DNA of 64,000 bases from a virus (taxonomy: Duplodnaviria > Caudoviricetes), in IMG/VR virus record IMGVR_UViG_3300044645_001661; one strand, given 5' to 3'. Below the pieces are notes generated by a model. It made no database searches. It was not told the DNA's origin and saw nothing but the letters and a program-made list of their open reading frames with translations. Positions 18,879 to 30,000 of the stretch are shown here, piece after piece. The position numbers and the translations under genes were made by a program. Numbering within the stretch: the stretch's first letter is position 1; every line of letters starts with the position of its first letter.

Positions 18879-19673
18879 ATGTCTGAACTTGTAAATTTAT
18901 TAACTTTAGAAGCATCTCAATTAGAACAGAACTCTGATGGACTTCCAGAGTATCGTGATAGGGCTGCTGGATTAGCTGCTTCTTATAGATTGCCATCAAA
19001 ACAATTTGATGATTTGGCATTAAATCTTTTAACTTCTGCAAATGCTGCAAAAGCTACTGCAGTATCTTTAGGTGGCAATACTGGATTAAATACATCTTGT
19101 TATACTGCAGATACTGCTTGGATTACTTCCACTTATGGAAGTCTTGTTGCTAGTGTTGGTGTTGCATCTGCGGCGTCTTTAGGGATTGTTGGATTAGGAT
19201 CAATACCAATTGCATATGGTATAATTAAGGGTGATGCACTAGAAGCATATACATACCCTAAAGTGGATAATTTAGACGTAAGTGTTGAGAATCCATTTGA
19301 AGGTGAAGGATATGTCACTGTAAATTCAGGAAATTCTGGTATTGGTAAAAATACTCGATATACTGTAAACGGTGGATCTACAATTGGTAATGTATTTTCA
19401 ATATCAAGTTCACCGATTCCAATATTCGGTGGAACTTGTCCTGGGTCTACTATAGCATCAGGTGTATCACCATTAATAACTCAATATTCAAATTCATCTG
19501 CTGGAATATCTTCGTATAATACTTTAGCAACTAAAGTGAAAAAATATAAAACAGAATATGAATTTCATGTGTGGTCTTATAATAGAAAAATAAAAGAAAA
19601 TGATGATGATTCTGCAGATCAACTTGTAGTAGCGGGAATTCTCACAGATCCTGTGTATGGTGGACCTTATTAA
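18879..19673 (+). CDS. Hypothetical, probably structural
   Basis: 264-aa Gly/Ser/Thr-rich ORF in the late region. Confidence 0.55.
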   Translation: MSELVNLLTLEASQLEQNSDGLPEYRDRAAGLAASYRLPSKQFDDLALNLLTSANAAKATAVSLGGNTGLNTSCYTADTAWITSTYGSLVASVGVASAASLGIVGLGSIPIAYGIIKGDALEAYTYPKVDNLDVSVENPFEGEGYVTVNSGNSGIGKNTRYTVNGGSTIGNVFSISSSPIPIFGGTCPGSTIASGVSPLITQYSNSSAGISSYNTLATKVKKYKTEYEFHVWSYNRKIKENDDDSADQLVVAGILTDPVYGGPY

Positions 19674-19693
19674 ATGGCATCCCCAGGGGGGGC

Positions 19694-19725
19694 TTGACAA
19701 CCGTTTAAGATCTTGCTATTATAAT
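19694..19725 (+). promoter_or_regulatory. Sigma70-like promoter
   Basis: TTGACA 19694-19699; TATTAT at 17-nt spacing (TATAAT at 20). Confidence 0.6.
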
Positions 19726-19755
19726 CAGGTAAACAACGCAACAACCACAATAAAT

Positions 19756-19959
19756 ATGATTGATGAAAACGTTGATGAATATTTGACACGTTGCGTAGTT
19801 GATACAAGTACACGTACTTTTTTAATCTATTCAAATCTGGGAGATGAAAAAGTAATTGAATGTAACAATTCTCAAGAATTTTTAAACGTTCTTTCTTTTG
19901 TTAGGAGTGTGCTTGGATCTGATACTTTGGTTTATGCAGACCCCCTTGTAAAGGGGTAA
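19756..19959 (+). CDS. Small hypothetical
   Basis: Start re-called to ATG 19756 downstream of the promoter: MIDENVDEYLTRCVVD. Confidence 0.6.
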   Translation: MIDENVDEYLTRCVVDTSTRTFLIYSNLGDEKVIECNNSQEFLNVLSFVRSVLGSDTLVYADPLVKG

Positions 19960-19964
19960 TATAT

Positions 19965-20035
19965 GCGGGTGTGGTGTAGCGGTAACATACCATCCTTCCA
20001 AGTTGTAGTCACGGGTTCGATTCCCGTCACCCGCT
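19965..20035 (+). tRNA. tRNA-Gly(UCC)
   Basis: GCGGGTG/CACCCGC acceptor, GGTTCGATT T-loop, CT-TCC-AA loop; anticodon stem has 2 mismatches. Confidence 0.85.
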
Positions 20036-20081
20036 TACCAAAATAGAATTTTGGTATCAAAAATTTTTACAAAATCTTTTT

Positions 20082-20300
20082 ATGAATCCTTATAAAATTT
20101 CTTATAGGACCCTATGTGAATCTGTGGTTAAAACAACCCCAGAAAATGTAAAAGAGGCAAATGAAGGTTTGTTTTATTGTACCATGACTTTGCCAGCTGC
20201 TGCTAAGCATTGTGGCATGTCACAAAAAGAAATGAAATTGACTTTTTATGAATATTTAAAATACAATCCTGCATCTTATATCGATGATAGGGGGGAATAA
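20082..20300 (+). CDS. Small hypothetical, possible HTH
   Basis: MTLPAAAKHCGMSQKEMK. Confidence 0.6.
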   Translation: MNPYKISYRTLCESVVKTTPENVKEANEGLFYCTMTLPAAAKHCGMSQKEMKLTFYEYLKYNPASYIDDRGE

Positions 20301-20335
20301 CTAAAGGGATTGAGTATAACTCTCCGCCCCCCATA

Positions 20336-20343
20336 TATAAATA
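20336..20343 (+). promoter_or_regulatory. Late promoter TATAAATA
   Basis: Exact T4 late consensus. Confidence 0.6.
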
Positions 20344-20344
20344 A

Positions 20345-20626
20345 ATGGTGATTCTTATGGCGTACAGAATCGATGCCACGTACTGTTGGTATAATAAAGG
20401 AAGTATGATTGTAAAAATGTATTTTATTAATCATATACCATTTACTTTTGATGAACTTCCCGCCATTTCTATAGAAGATCCAGAATTAATTTCTATTGCT
20501 GATAAAAATAGAAGATACGATCCTGAAGATTTATACAAAACTTCTTTTTATTTGATTGATGAGGAAGCACATCCTTGTTTATTCCCAATAGAATTAGAAA
20601 ATCCTGAAGATCTTCCTGTAGATTAA
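20345..20626 (+). CDS. Hypothetical (start may be ATG 20357)
   Basis: ORF track. Confidence 0.6.
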   Translation: MVILMAYRIDATYCWYNKGSMIVKMYFINHIPFTFDELPAISIEDPELISIADKNRRYDPEDLYKTSFYLIDEEAHPCLFPIELENPEDLPVD

Positions 20627-20627
20627 T

Positions 20628-20699
20628 GCCTTTCTAGCTCAGTGGTAGAGCACTCGCCTTGTAAGCGAGCGGTCATCGGTTCAAGTCCGATGGAAGGCT
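20628..20699 (+). tRNA. tRNA-Thr(UGU)
   Basis: Full cloverleaf: GCCTTTC/GGAAGGC, CTCGC-CTTGTAA-GCGAG, ATCGG-TTCAAGT-CCGAT. Confidence 0.95.
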
Positions 20700-20715
20700 T
20701 GAGTTTATTACTCTT

Positions 20716-20871
20716 ATGTCACTAATTTCACAACGAGATCGAGATATTACTATTGAAGCACTCGATTTTTATATCTTTAGTAAAGGTGTTGATTTTACTG
20801 AGGAAAAAAGAATGGAAATCAATGCCCTTATTAATTGGTTGAAGTTGGAGAAATTTAAAAATGAAAATTAA
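20716..20871 (+). CDS. Small hypothetical (51 aa)
   Basis: Hand translation MSLISQRDRDITIEALDFY...LKLEKFKNEN. Confidence 0.6.
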   Translation: MSLISQRDRDITIEALDFYIFSKGVDFTEEKRMEINALINWLKLEKFKNEN

Positions 20872-21025
20872 TTTGTGGTATTGTACTGAAATGAAGCAAT
20901 GGAGATGGACATTAACTGATGATCATCGTCCAGTTGTTAAACAAGAATCTGGACAACAACCAGAATTAAGAGTTGCTATGAATGATATTGCAAATACTGT
21001 AGAATATATGCTTGACAACCATTAA
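20861..21025 (+). CDS. Small hypothetical (54 aa)
   Basis: Hand translation MKINLWYCTEMKQWRWTL...TVEYMLDNH. Confidence 0.6.
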   Translation: MKINLWYCTEMKQWRWTLTDDHRPVVKQESGQQPELRVAMNDIANTVEYMLDNH

Positions 21026-21040
21026 AATTTATCTTATAAT
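21012..21040 (+). promoter_or_regulatory. Consensus sigma70 promoter
   Basis: TTGACA-17 nt-TATAAT. Confidence 0.8.
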
Positions 21041-21045
21041 TAATA

Positions 21046-21107
21046 TGCGATACTAATTCGCAGTGACCCAAAAAGTGTGACGGTAGAACCCTCCTTGTGA
21101 GGGTTTT
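21046..21107 (+). ncRNA. Candidate small RNA, about 60 nt
   Basis: Starts just after the consensus promoter; 5' hairpin TGCGA/TCGCA; ends in terminator; only ORF is M-R-Y. Confidence 0.45.
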
Positions 21108-21110
21108 ATT
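21087..21110 (+). terminator. Intrinsic terminator
   Basis: AACCCTC-CTTGT-GAGGGTT followed by a T-rich tail. Confidence 0.65.
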
Positions 21111-21136
21111 GTATTTCTATTGCGGATTTTTAAGTG

Positions 21137-21144
21137 AATAAATA
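21137..21144 (+). promoter_or_regulatory. Late promoter AATAAATA
   Basis: 30 nt before the fibre ATG. Confidence 0.65.
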
Positions 21145-21173
21145 AATCATAATAGAAATCTTAGTATAATAAA

Positions 21174-24100
21174 ATGGGTCTTAGTCGCTTAGATAATTTC
21201 TTAAAGAATAGTAGAGGTGATATTTTATATGTTGATCCCTCAAGTATAGATTCAACTGACAGTATTGAGAATCAAGGTAATTCTCTGGTCAGACCCTTTA
21301 AAACTATTCAAAGAGCCTTAATAGAAGCCGCAAGATTTTCTTATCAAAGAGGTCTGGATAATGATCGCTTTGGTAGAACAACAATTATCGTTTATCCTGG
21401 AGAACATTTAATTGATAATAGGCCAGGATGGATACCTATACATGATAATCCAGTAGCTGGTAATAATTGGTTAACCAGAGGTGGGGCAGTATCTAATGAA
21501 TTCCCAGAATTTAATTTAAATTCTAACTTTAATATTAATGATGATACTAATGATCTTTATAAAATGAATAGTGTATATGGGGGTATTATTATTCCTCGTG
21601 GTACATCTATTGTTGGTATGGATCTTAGAAAAACTAAAATCCGTGCTAAATTTATTCCCAATCCAGAAGATTCTACAATTGATAGAACATCAATTTTTAG
21701 AGTAACTGGATCTTGCTATTTTTATCAATTTACATTTTTTGATGCGGACCCAAATAGTGTTGTATTTAAAGATTATGGTCCTACTAAGTTTGTTCCAAAT
21801 TTCTCTCACCACAAACTTACGTGTTTTGAATATGCTGATGGTGTAAATCCAGTAATTATTGATGATGATTATATTACATATAAAACCACAAAGACTGATT
21901 TAGATTTATATTATGATAAAATAGCTCTTACATATGGATCTTCCAGTGGAAGATTGATAAGTCCAGATTTTCCAAATAGTGGAGTTGATGTTCAAACAAA
22001 AATTGATGAATATAGAATTGTTGGATCAAAAGGACAAAATGTTGGTATTACAAGTATTAAAGCTGGTGATGGTGTAGTATCTTCAACCACAATCACTGTT
22101 GATATCGAAGAATCAATCGGTGGATTGGATGTAGATACTCCAATTAGAATTGAGGGTGTTCCTACTGCTGGTTATAATGGTCAATATGTTGTAAGTACTT
22201 CGGAAAGTTCTACTAGAATTACTTATAAAACATCTTCTGCTCCTGCTAATCCTCTACCAACAATTGTTAGTGGAACTCCAACTCTTAATATTGTTGTAGA
22301 TACTGTTACCTCTGCATCTCCATATATCTTTAACTGTTCTCTTAGATCAGTATTTGGTATGTGTGGTCTTCATGCTGATGGTAATAAAGCCGATGGATTT
22401 AAGTCCATGGTTGTGGCACAATTTACAGGCATTGGTCTACAAAAAGATGATAATGCATTTTTAAAATATAATTCTACTTCTGGTGTATACGAAGATAAAA
22501 CAGCAGTATCGAATATTCATACAAATTCTTCTGCGGTATATAAACCAGAATATGAAAACTTCCACATTAAGGCATCCAACGATGCATTCTTACAGTTAGT
22601 TTCTGTATTTGCTATTGGATATGCAAATCACTTCTTAGCGGAAAGTGGTGGTGACCACTCTATTACAAACTCTAACTCAAACTTTGGTGCAAAATCTCTT
22701 GTCGCTAGGGGATTTAAAAAAGAAGCATTCCCAAGAGACGATACTGGATTTATAACACATATTATTCCTCCTCAAGAAATTCAGAGTGAAGATATTAACA
22801 TTGAATACACTTCTATTGACGTAGAAGCAACAGTAGGTATTGGAAGCACTACAAGATTATATCTTTACAACGAAACCGATTTAGCTAATCCCCCATTATC
22901 TGTTGTTGATGGATATAGAATTGGATCTAAAATAAATGATGAACTGAAAGTTCTTCTTAATATAAACGGACAATCTACAACAAAAACATCGAAAATTATA
23001 ATGCCAAATACCCAAGGAAGGGGTATTTATGAAAGTTCTTCTTATAAAGAAGCTATTGTTGGCCGAACAAATATTGGTATTAATAGTATTTCTTCTAATA
23101 CTTTTACTTTAACTGCACCCCACCAATTTATACAGGGTGAATCTTTAAGAGTTTATAGTAGTGATGGTGAACTTCCTGATGGATTAAATCATAACCAAGT
23201 TTATTATGCTATTACTGCGGGAATTAATTCCAATCAAGTTAAACTTGCACAAACTTTTAATGATACAATTACTGAAGATGCTGTAATTGTTAATAATAAG
23301 GGTGGTATTTTAACATTTGAAAGTAGAGTATCTGACAAAAAATCTGGAGATATTGGGCATCCAATTCAATTTGATAGTGGTAATGGGCAGTGGTATATTA
23401 CTGTCAGTGGAATATCTAGTTACAATCAAATATATTCTAGTGTTGTTGGTCTTGGAACTACGACTCTGGGAAGAACAACTCCAAGAACATTTATTACTAG
23501 AAAGTCTGATACTAGATCATTAACCGATAAGATTTATAAAGTTCGTTATGTAATACCAAAAGATTCTGCAGTTGTTGCAAGACCACCTAGAGATGGATTT
23601 GTAATTCAAGAATCTAATACTACTATTGGTGCAACACAAGAAGAAATTGGAAAATATAATAGTGTTGATGCTGTAATTTTAAATAATTCATCGGAATTAA
23701 GGAATTATAGATTTATATCTAATGCTATTTGGGATTCCGTTGGTATTGCAACTCTTACTACTGAAATTCCACATGAATTATCTGTGGGATCATTGATTCA
23801 GATCAATAATATTAAATCTGGATTTAATACTACTGGTATTGGTAATAGTGGATTTAATGGTGAATATTATGTAACTTCTAAACTTTCTAGAAGAGAATTC
23901 ACAATTGGATTAACTACAAATCCAGGATTATTCCAAAGTGATACCTCAACTAGAGATATAAATTTACCATATTATAAGAGAGTTAGATTCAATAATACTT
24001 TTGTAATATACAAATCAGAAGAAATTCAGCAGTATGTTCCAAATACCAAAGACGGTGTTTATCACTTAACTATTGTTGATTCTTCCAATTCTCCTTCTGT

Positions 24101-27002
24101 TGAACCATTTACTCAATTAAGGTTCTCACAACCAGTAAAAAATCTTTATCCACAATTAGATAGAGACAATATTAATTCTGATCCAGATCCAACAGTATCT
24201 TTTGCATTACCTTCTCCATTAGGATTAGTTGAAGTTAATAATCCTCAAAATTCTATTACTAGAGAAAGTATTGTAAGAAGCATTAATGATTTTGCTGTAG
24301 GTTTTGGATTAACAGATATTCAGTCTTCTTCTGGATTAGCACATACATTATACACTAGAATTGATCATGGATTGAATAGAATTACTAGAGTTGGTATTGT
24401 AAGTGCTGGTGAAAATTATGGATCTGGATCTGGATCTATTGAAACCCTTTATAATGCTAAATTAGTAGGATTTGCTGGATCTACAACTGGAAATTATGCC
24501 ACTGCAAATATTAAAGTTGATGCCTTAGGTAGAATAACAGATGTTAGAGTTATTGATGGTGGATCTGCTTATGGAATTGGCAATACTCTTTCTGTAGTTG
24601 GTGTAGGTACAACTTTAGGTCATATTGTTGGTGTAGTATCTGTAACTCAAATTAATAATGATATTGGTAATGTAATTTCTATAAGTGGTTTATACGATAA
24701 AGTTTTTGGGTCTTATAATAATCTTTATAGAATTACTGGAATTAATGTAGGACAGACCAATCAAATTCAAGTTGTATCTTCTTCTGAGGTAATAGCACAA
24801 TATCCATTTACTGGATCTACCCCTATTGCTGGAGTTAATACCAATGGATTGAGTAAAATTAATGCCACTCTTTTAAATACAGTTGAATCTTATGTTACTG
24901 GTAATTCTTTAGGGATTACATCATTTACATATAATAATGTAACTGGAATTGCAAGTGTTACAACACTTCAATCTCATGGATTTGTGAATGGTACTAAATT
25001 CAAAGTTGGTGGATTTAATCAAAGCGTTTATAATGGTAATTTCATTGCATCAAAAATTGTTGGATTAAATGATTTTGAATTTAATATTGGAATAGGTACG
25101 ACCTCACCAATATCTTCTGGAACTGCATACATTTATATACCAGGATTTGCCGCACAAGGTGGATTGCTGTCTGTAGATAATGAAGCAAATTCGAGTAGAC
25201 TTGTTGCTCAATATGCTGGAATTACAACTACTTTAGATGTTGCATTAGTAGATCCAACAATCAATACTCTTACAGTTACAAATGCATTAGATCGTAACTG
25301 GCAAGCTGGTGATTATATTATTGTTAATACCGAAATAATGCGTATTAGTGAAACTGTTGTAATTAATACTGCAATAGATGTATTCCGTGGATTATTTGGA
25401 ACTTCGAAGCAATCTCATCCAGCAGGATCTGTTGTTAAGAGAGTAAGATTTAAACCTATTGAATTTAGAAGAAACTCTATCTTACGTGCTTCTGGACATA
25501 CATTCGAATATCTTGGATATGGCCCAGGTAACTACTCCACAGCACTTCCTGAAAGACAAGATAGACAGTTTATTGATGTTGAAAGAGTCTTATCTCAATC
25601 TGTAAGTGATGACGGTGGAACTCCAATTTATAATGGATTAGATGATAATGGTAATACCTATACAGTTAATAAAGTAACAAACGCATCTACTGGTCAAGAC
25701 TTATTAACTAAAGCACCAATTCCAACTGTTAGAGGTGAAGACATTACCTCTAATACACAAGCAGTAGGTTTTGATGTAGATTCTACAGATGACCTGACAG
25801 TTGCTAGAGGATTAAAAGTTGAAGGTGGAACTGAGTCTACTATCATCTCAGAATTCAATGGACCAGTAATTTTTACTGAGAAAATAACATCAACTTCTGA
25901 AGATGGAATTTTAGCGTCTTCTTTATTCCTCCAAGGTGAATCTACAACTTCTAGAAAATATACTGTAGGAATTGCTACTCCAGGATTATCTGGAAATGCT
26001 GGAGATATTGTCTATAAAGCAGATCCTAATGGTGGAGTTGCTGTTGGTTGGGTTTATACATTAGAGAATTCCTGGCAAGAATTCGGTCCTATTAAATCTG
26101 TAGGAACAGAAAGATATTGTGGTATCTTTAGTGGTGCATTTGTTGGTGATGGATCTGGTCTCGATAATGTATCTGACGTTTGGGTATTTGATGGTATTGG
26201 TATCTCTACCACAAGAGCTGTTGGTATGGGAACAACTTCATCTGTTCCAAGTGTTGCACTATATGTTGGTGGTAATGCTATATTTGCTGGTGTTACTACA
26301 ATTAGAACAAACCAGTTAACTTTTGACGTTCCAAATGGATTCCTTGTTAATACTGGTATAACCACATTTAATCAGCAAGTTAATGTTAATACATTAAGAA
26401 CAATTGGTATTTCAACATTCCAAAATGATGTTATTATTACAACAAATCCAGCAACTACTGGTGATACTGCTGGTAATTTCCTAAGATTTGTTCAATCTGA
26501 TACATCAATTACTTCTGCCTACCAGTATGGTGGAATTAATTGGGAGGGTAATGATATTGGTAATAATGGTGTAAGAGGATATATTAGAGGTGTTGCTGAA
26601 GGTAGTACAGGACAATTTGCTATTACATTCGGAACACAACAATCTGGACCTTCTGCACCAATTGAGCAACTTAGAATTGCTTCTGATGGTAATATAACTG
26701 CTAGTGGTGAAATTACTGCACTATCTGATGAAAGATATAAAACAAACGTAAAAAATATTGATGATCCTCTTGCTAAAGTTCTACAACTTCGTGGTGTAGA
26801 ATATGATAGAATTGATAAAGAACAACATACTATTGGACTCATCGCTCAAGAAGTAGAAAAAGTCCTCCCAGAATTAGTTCATGAAAATCATGAGGGAGTA
26901 AAATCAGTTGCATATCAAAATATGGTTGCAATTCTGATTGAGGCGATTAAGGAACAACAAACACAAATTGAAGATCTGAAGAAGCGACTAGACAATCTAT
27001 AA
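21174..27002 (+). CDS. Large tail fibre/structural protein with C-terminal peptidase S74 intramolecular chaperone
   Basis: MGLSRLDNFLKN...RPFKTIQRALIEAARFSY N-terminus; SDERYKTNVKNI...GLIAQEVEKVLPELV...IEAIKEQQ at C-terminus (Ser codon 26724). Confidence 0.88.
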   Translation: MGLSRLDNFLKNSRGDILYVDPSSIDSTDSIENQGNSLVRPFKTIQRALIEAARFSYQRGLDNDRFGRTTIIVYPGEHLIDNRPGWIPIHDNPVAGNNWLTRGGAVSNEFPEFNLNSNFNINDDTNDLYKMNSVYGGIIIPRGTSIVGMDLRKTKIRAKFIPNPEDSTIDRTSIFRVTGSCYFYQFTFFDADPNSVVFKDYGPTKFVPNFSHHKLTCFEYADGVNPVIIDDDYITYKTTKTDLDLYYDKIALTYGSSSGRLISPDFPNSGVDVQTKIDEYRIVGSKGQNVGITSIKAGDGVVSSTTITVDIEESIGGLDVDTPIRIEGVPTAGYNGQYVVSTSESSTRITYKTSSAPANPLPTIVSGTPTLNIVVDTVTSASPYIFNCSLRSVFGMCGLHADGNKADGFKSMVVAQFTGIGLQKDDNAFLKYNSTSGVYEDKTAVSNIHTNSSAVYKPEYENFHIKASNDAFLQLVSVFAIGYANHFLAESGGDHSITNSNSNFGAKSLVARGFKKEAFPRDDTGFITHIIPPQEIQSEDINIEYTSIDVEATVGIGSTTRLYLYNETDLANPPLSVVDGYRIGSKINDELKVLLNINGQSTTKTSKIIMPNTQGRGIYESSSYKEAIVGRTNIGINSISSNTFTLTAPHQFIQGESLRVYSSDGELPDGLNHNQVYYAITAGINSNQVKLAQTFNDTITEDAVIVNNKGGILTFESRVSDKKSGDIGHPIQFDSGNGQWYITVSGISSYNQIYSSVVGLGTTTLGRTTPRTFITRKSDTRSLTDKIYKVRYVIPKDSAVVARPPRDGFVIQESNTTIGATQEEIGKYNSVDAVILNNSSELRNYRFISNAIWDSVGIATLTTEIPHELSVGSLIQINNIKSGFNTTGIGNSGFNGEYYVTSKLSRREFTIGLTTNPGLFQSDTSTRDINLPYYKRVRFNNTFVIYKSEEIQQYVPNTKDGVYHLTIVDSSNSPSVEPFTQLRFSQPVKNLYPQLDRDNINSDPDPTVSFALPSPLGLVEVNNPQNSITRESIVRSINDFAVGFGLTDIQSSSGLAHTLYTRIDHGLNRITRVGIVSAGENYGSGSGSIETLYNAKLVGFAGSTTGNYATANIKVDALGRITDVRVIDGGSAYGIGNTLSVVGVGTTLGHIVGVVSVTQINNDIGNVISISGLYDKVFGSYNNLYRITGINVGQTNQIQVVSSSEVIAQYPFTGSTPIAGVNTNGLSKINATLLNTVESYVTGNSLGITSFTYNNVTGIASVTTLQSHGFVNGTKFKVGGFNQSVYNGNFIASKIVGLNDFEFNIGIGTTSPISSGTAYIYIPGFAAQGGLLSVDNEANSSRLVAQYAGITTTLDVALVDPTINTLTVTNALDRNWQAGDYIIVNTEIMRISETVVINTAIDVFRGLFGTSKQSHPAGSVVKRVRFKPIEFRRNSILRASGHTFEYLGYGPGNYSTALPERQDRQFIDVERVLSQSVSDDGGTPIYNGLDDNGNTYTVNKVTNASTGQDLLTKAPIPTVRGEDITSNTQAVGFDVDSTDDLTVARGLKVEGGTESTIISEFNGPVIFTEKITSTSEDGILASSLFLQGESTTSRKYTVGIATPGLSGNAGDIVYKADPNGGVAVGWVYTLENSWQEFGPIKSVGTERYCGIFSGAFVGDGSGLDNVSDVWVFDGIGISTTRAVGMGTTSSVPSVALYVGGNAIFAGVTTIRTNQLTFDVPNGFLVNTGITTFNQQVNVNTLRTIGISTFQNDVIITTNPATTGDTAGNFLRFVQSDTSITSAYQYGGINWEGNDIGNNGVRGYIRGVAEGSTGQFAITFGTQQSGPSAPIEQLRIASDGNITASGEITALSDERYKTNVKNIDDPLAKVLQLRGVEYDRIDKEQHTIGLIAQEVEKVLPELVHENHEGVKSVAYQNMVAILIEAIKEQQTQIEDLKKRLDNL

Positions 27003-27008
27003 ACTGTC
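26991..27008. promoter_or_regulatory. Palindromic operator copy 1
   Basis: GACAATC-tata-AACTGTC; TATAAT at 27041. Confidence 0.65.
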
Positions 27009-27034
27009 AGGGGGGTTGACAACCCCCCTTTTTT
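27009..27034 (+). terminator. Terminator hairpin with TTGACA across its loop
   Basis: AGGGGGGTT-GAC-AACCCCCCT then TTTTT. Confidence 0.8.
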
Positions 27035-27057
27035 ATGGTGTATAATAATGGAGTAGT

Positions 27058-30000
27058 TTGATTTTATTATCTGTGTCCCTGGTCAATATCTACGTTGATA
27101 GTCTTAAAAGCGGCGTAAATTCTTTCAACGTTGGTCAGACAATTTATACTTATGATCATCGTCATCGCAATAGTGACTATGGTAAAGCAAAGCAGACGCT
27201 TGCTCAAACAAAAGACCAGTACATTAATTACGCCTGGTGGACAAATGTATCTACTCGTGATGATGGTAAGGACGCTGGACACGATAAGATTATTCATTCT
27301 TGGTTGGATACTCTTCCTGGGATGAAAAGGATTGGTGCAAAAAATAGTGAGACTTTTGAATTTGATCCAAAATTTTATAATCTTGAGATCATCGTTCAAA
27401 TGATCTATGAGAAATTTTTCTCTGGTAAGGAAAAAGTATATACTGAATTTAAACCTCGCCCATATCAACAGAAGTTTTTGCAAAAAATTGCTTCTGCATG
27501 GAATGTTAGTGAAGAATTTTTGTTGTTTGCCAAGTGCCGTGCAGGTAAGTCTGCTATGGTTCTCAAGCATATTGTAGATAGTAATTATAAACTTTCTCTG
27601 GTTTGTTCTCGTCAAAGGTCACCAGAAGCTTCTTGGGAAAATGATTCTAACGAATTCTTTCCTACAATTAAATACATTTCTGTTCAAGATCCTTCTTGGG
27701 AAACGTATCTTGAATACTGGATGGAACGTGATGTAAATATTGTTCTATGGGGTACTGTACAGAGCTTTATTACACGTATTGATAGGATTCATAATATTGA
27801 TTTTGTTGCTTTTGATGAAGCACATATTGGTGGTACTGCTAAACAGTTCACCACTCTTCGCAACAAAATTAAAAGTCGTATCTGCTATATTTCTGGGACT
27901 GCTCATAAACTTTGCTGGATGTTCCCTGATGAACGCCAAAAGTTTGTGTATACTTATTTTGATGAACAATTTGATGTTCAAAATGGTGTTTTTAAGCGTC
28001 CTAAAATGAACATTGCTTTCGCAAAATACCAAACTTCTGCATATCAGGAAATTTTTGGTGATGATCCTGATGCTATGAAGAATATCTTCACAATGGAAGA
28101 TGATAAGTTTTTGTATGAGATTCTTGTTCGGGAATTTATTCACAAATACTTTGGTCCCCAACGAGAGATTCGCATTGGAGATCGTCTTTTAAGGGGTACA
28201 TATCACATGATGGCACTTCCTAGTGTCAAAGCATGTCATGCATTTCAAAAGTTGGTGCATTGTTATTATCCTTCCCTAGTTGTTACTTCAGATACTAATA
28301 AAGATCAAGATGATATTAACCGATTTCTTGAAGAAAATTCAAAAGCACTTATCATTACACAATCTGCAAACGTTCTTGGTGTAACTGCCAAAAAAATTGA
28401 TACCGTTATTAATTGTAAAGGTGGTGAATCTATTGAGTTTTGGACTCAATTTGCTTTCCGTGGTGGTTCTGGTGTTCATGATTGGTGGGTGATTGATTTT
28501 GATGCTCAGAGGTGTCTCCGTGCCATTCACACAGCATTCCAACTTGCATGTGATAATAATCCTGCACTATCTCAATATAGTGTAGTTGACTTTACCAATA
28601 TTCACGAATGGAATGATGGATTTAAAGAACTCAGTAAAGAACTTTTTGAAGATGCCCTCGCCGCTGATGTTGAGGGAAGCATCTCTACCATTACCAGTAT
28701 CGTAGAATCTCTGGACCTTAGTAAGATTAGCGATTTTAATCTAAAACTCAAAACCGATCTTTCCACGGTTATGAAAGAATCACAACTTAACGATGAGGGT
28801 GCCAACAACAAAAGTTGTATCGTTCGGGAGACTGAGCGTGTAAAAAAGTCTAATGACCTTGACACTTTGAAGAAGCAGACTGTCAAGGCACTTCTTGAGT
28901 CTATTCCTCTGACCATGTTCTACATCATTCGTAATGGTCAAAATGTATATTCAATCAATGATGTTATTGGTTCTGCAGTTTATCCTTCTGTTACTGGTGA
29001 CTGTGAGGGTATTCTTGATGATGTGATTAGTAAGAACCCTCATAGCATTGAACTTTTAACTCGTCGTATTGGTATTGTTTCTAATAGTATTCAAAAGAGT
29101 ATTAGGAATTCCGTTTCTCATACTATTAATGAGTTGTCTGTGTCTTCTCAAATTCAACAGTCTATTCCTGTCGAACTTTTTGATCTTATGATTGATAACT
29201 GCAATGATCTTTCTAACGTCTACATGTTTGGTGATCCTAGTGGATCTCACACTGCCCGTCTTTTAGAGCGACAAGTGGATCCAAATAACATTACCGTATG
29301 GGAGAGTTGCAATAGTCATCGTAATCGTGTAAAATATATCAATGATAGTATTAATATTGTTGACTCTCATCCAGATATGAAGTTTACCGCCATTTTAGCA
29401 AATCCTCCATATAACGATCCCACCAAAAAAGCAAAGAACAATAAACTTTGGCCTATTGTGGTTGAACAGCACCTTGAACTGGTTGCTCCTGGAGGAGACA
29501 TTTGTGAAGTTACTCCTTCATCTGTTCTTGGAACAACAGGTAAAGGTAAAAAGTTTATGAAGTTGTTCTCTACAAAGTATAATCTAAAAATGATTGATTA
29601 TACTGCAGATGATTACTTTACTGAGGGTGTTGCTATTTGTCGTTGGCATCTTACAAATGAACCTTATCAGGGTAAAACCACTGTCATTACTCATGATGGT
29701 TCCTTTACTTGGGATTTGCGAGATGGTCTTCCTCTTGTTGGAGATTCTGCTCTTAAGCATTCTATCCTTAATAAGATTGCTAACTCTAACCATCCACGTA
29801 TTCCTCTAAAGATGGGTCAAGCAATTGCTAAAGAAGATCATATTCCTGATGGCAAGTATGAGATCTACCACTCTTCTAAAAAAGTTAAACGCACCAATAT
29901 TGTTCCTACAACTGGAGATGTGCTAAAGTTTATTGTTCCATTCTCTTCTACGTATAAGAATGGTGGCATCTTTACCTCTAGCGGATTTGTGGGTATGTTT

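Noticed and set aside
19662-19678. Possible ninth operator copy (GGACCTT-att-AAATGGC)
   Set aside because: Spacer is 3 nt rather than 4, the halves are degenerate and the distance to the -10 (38-41 nt) is off; the site has its own TTGACA promoter.
19657-19755. ORF-track N-terminal extension of the 19756 gene
   Set aside because: It spans the promoter; similar over-long starts were trimmed at 30663, 57016, 58940 and 59377.
21045-21056. Micro-ORF ATG CGA TAC TAA
   Set aside because: Three codons, leaderless; the interval is better explained as RNA structure.
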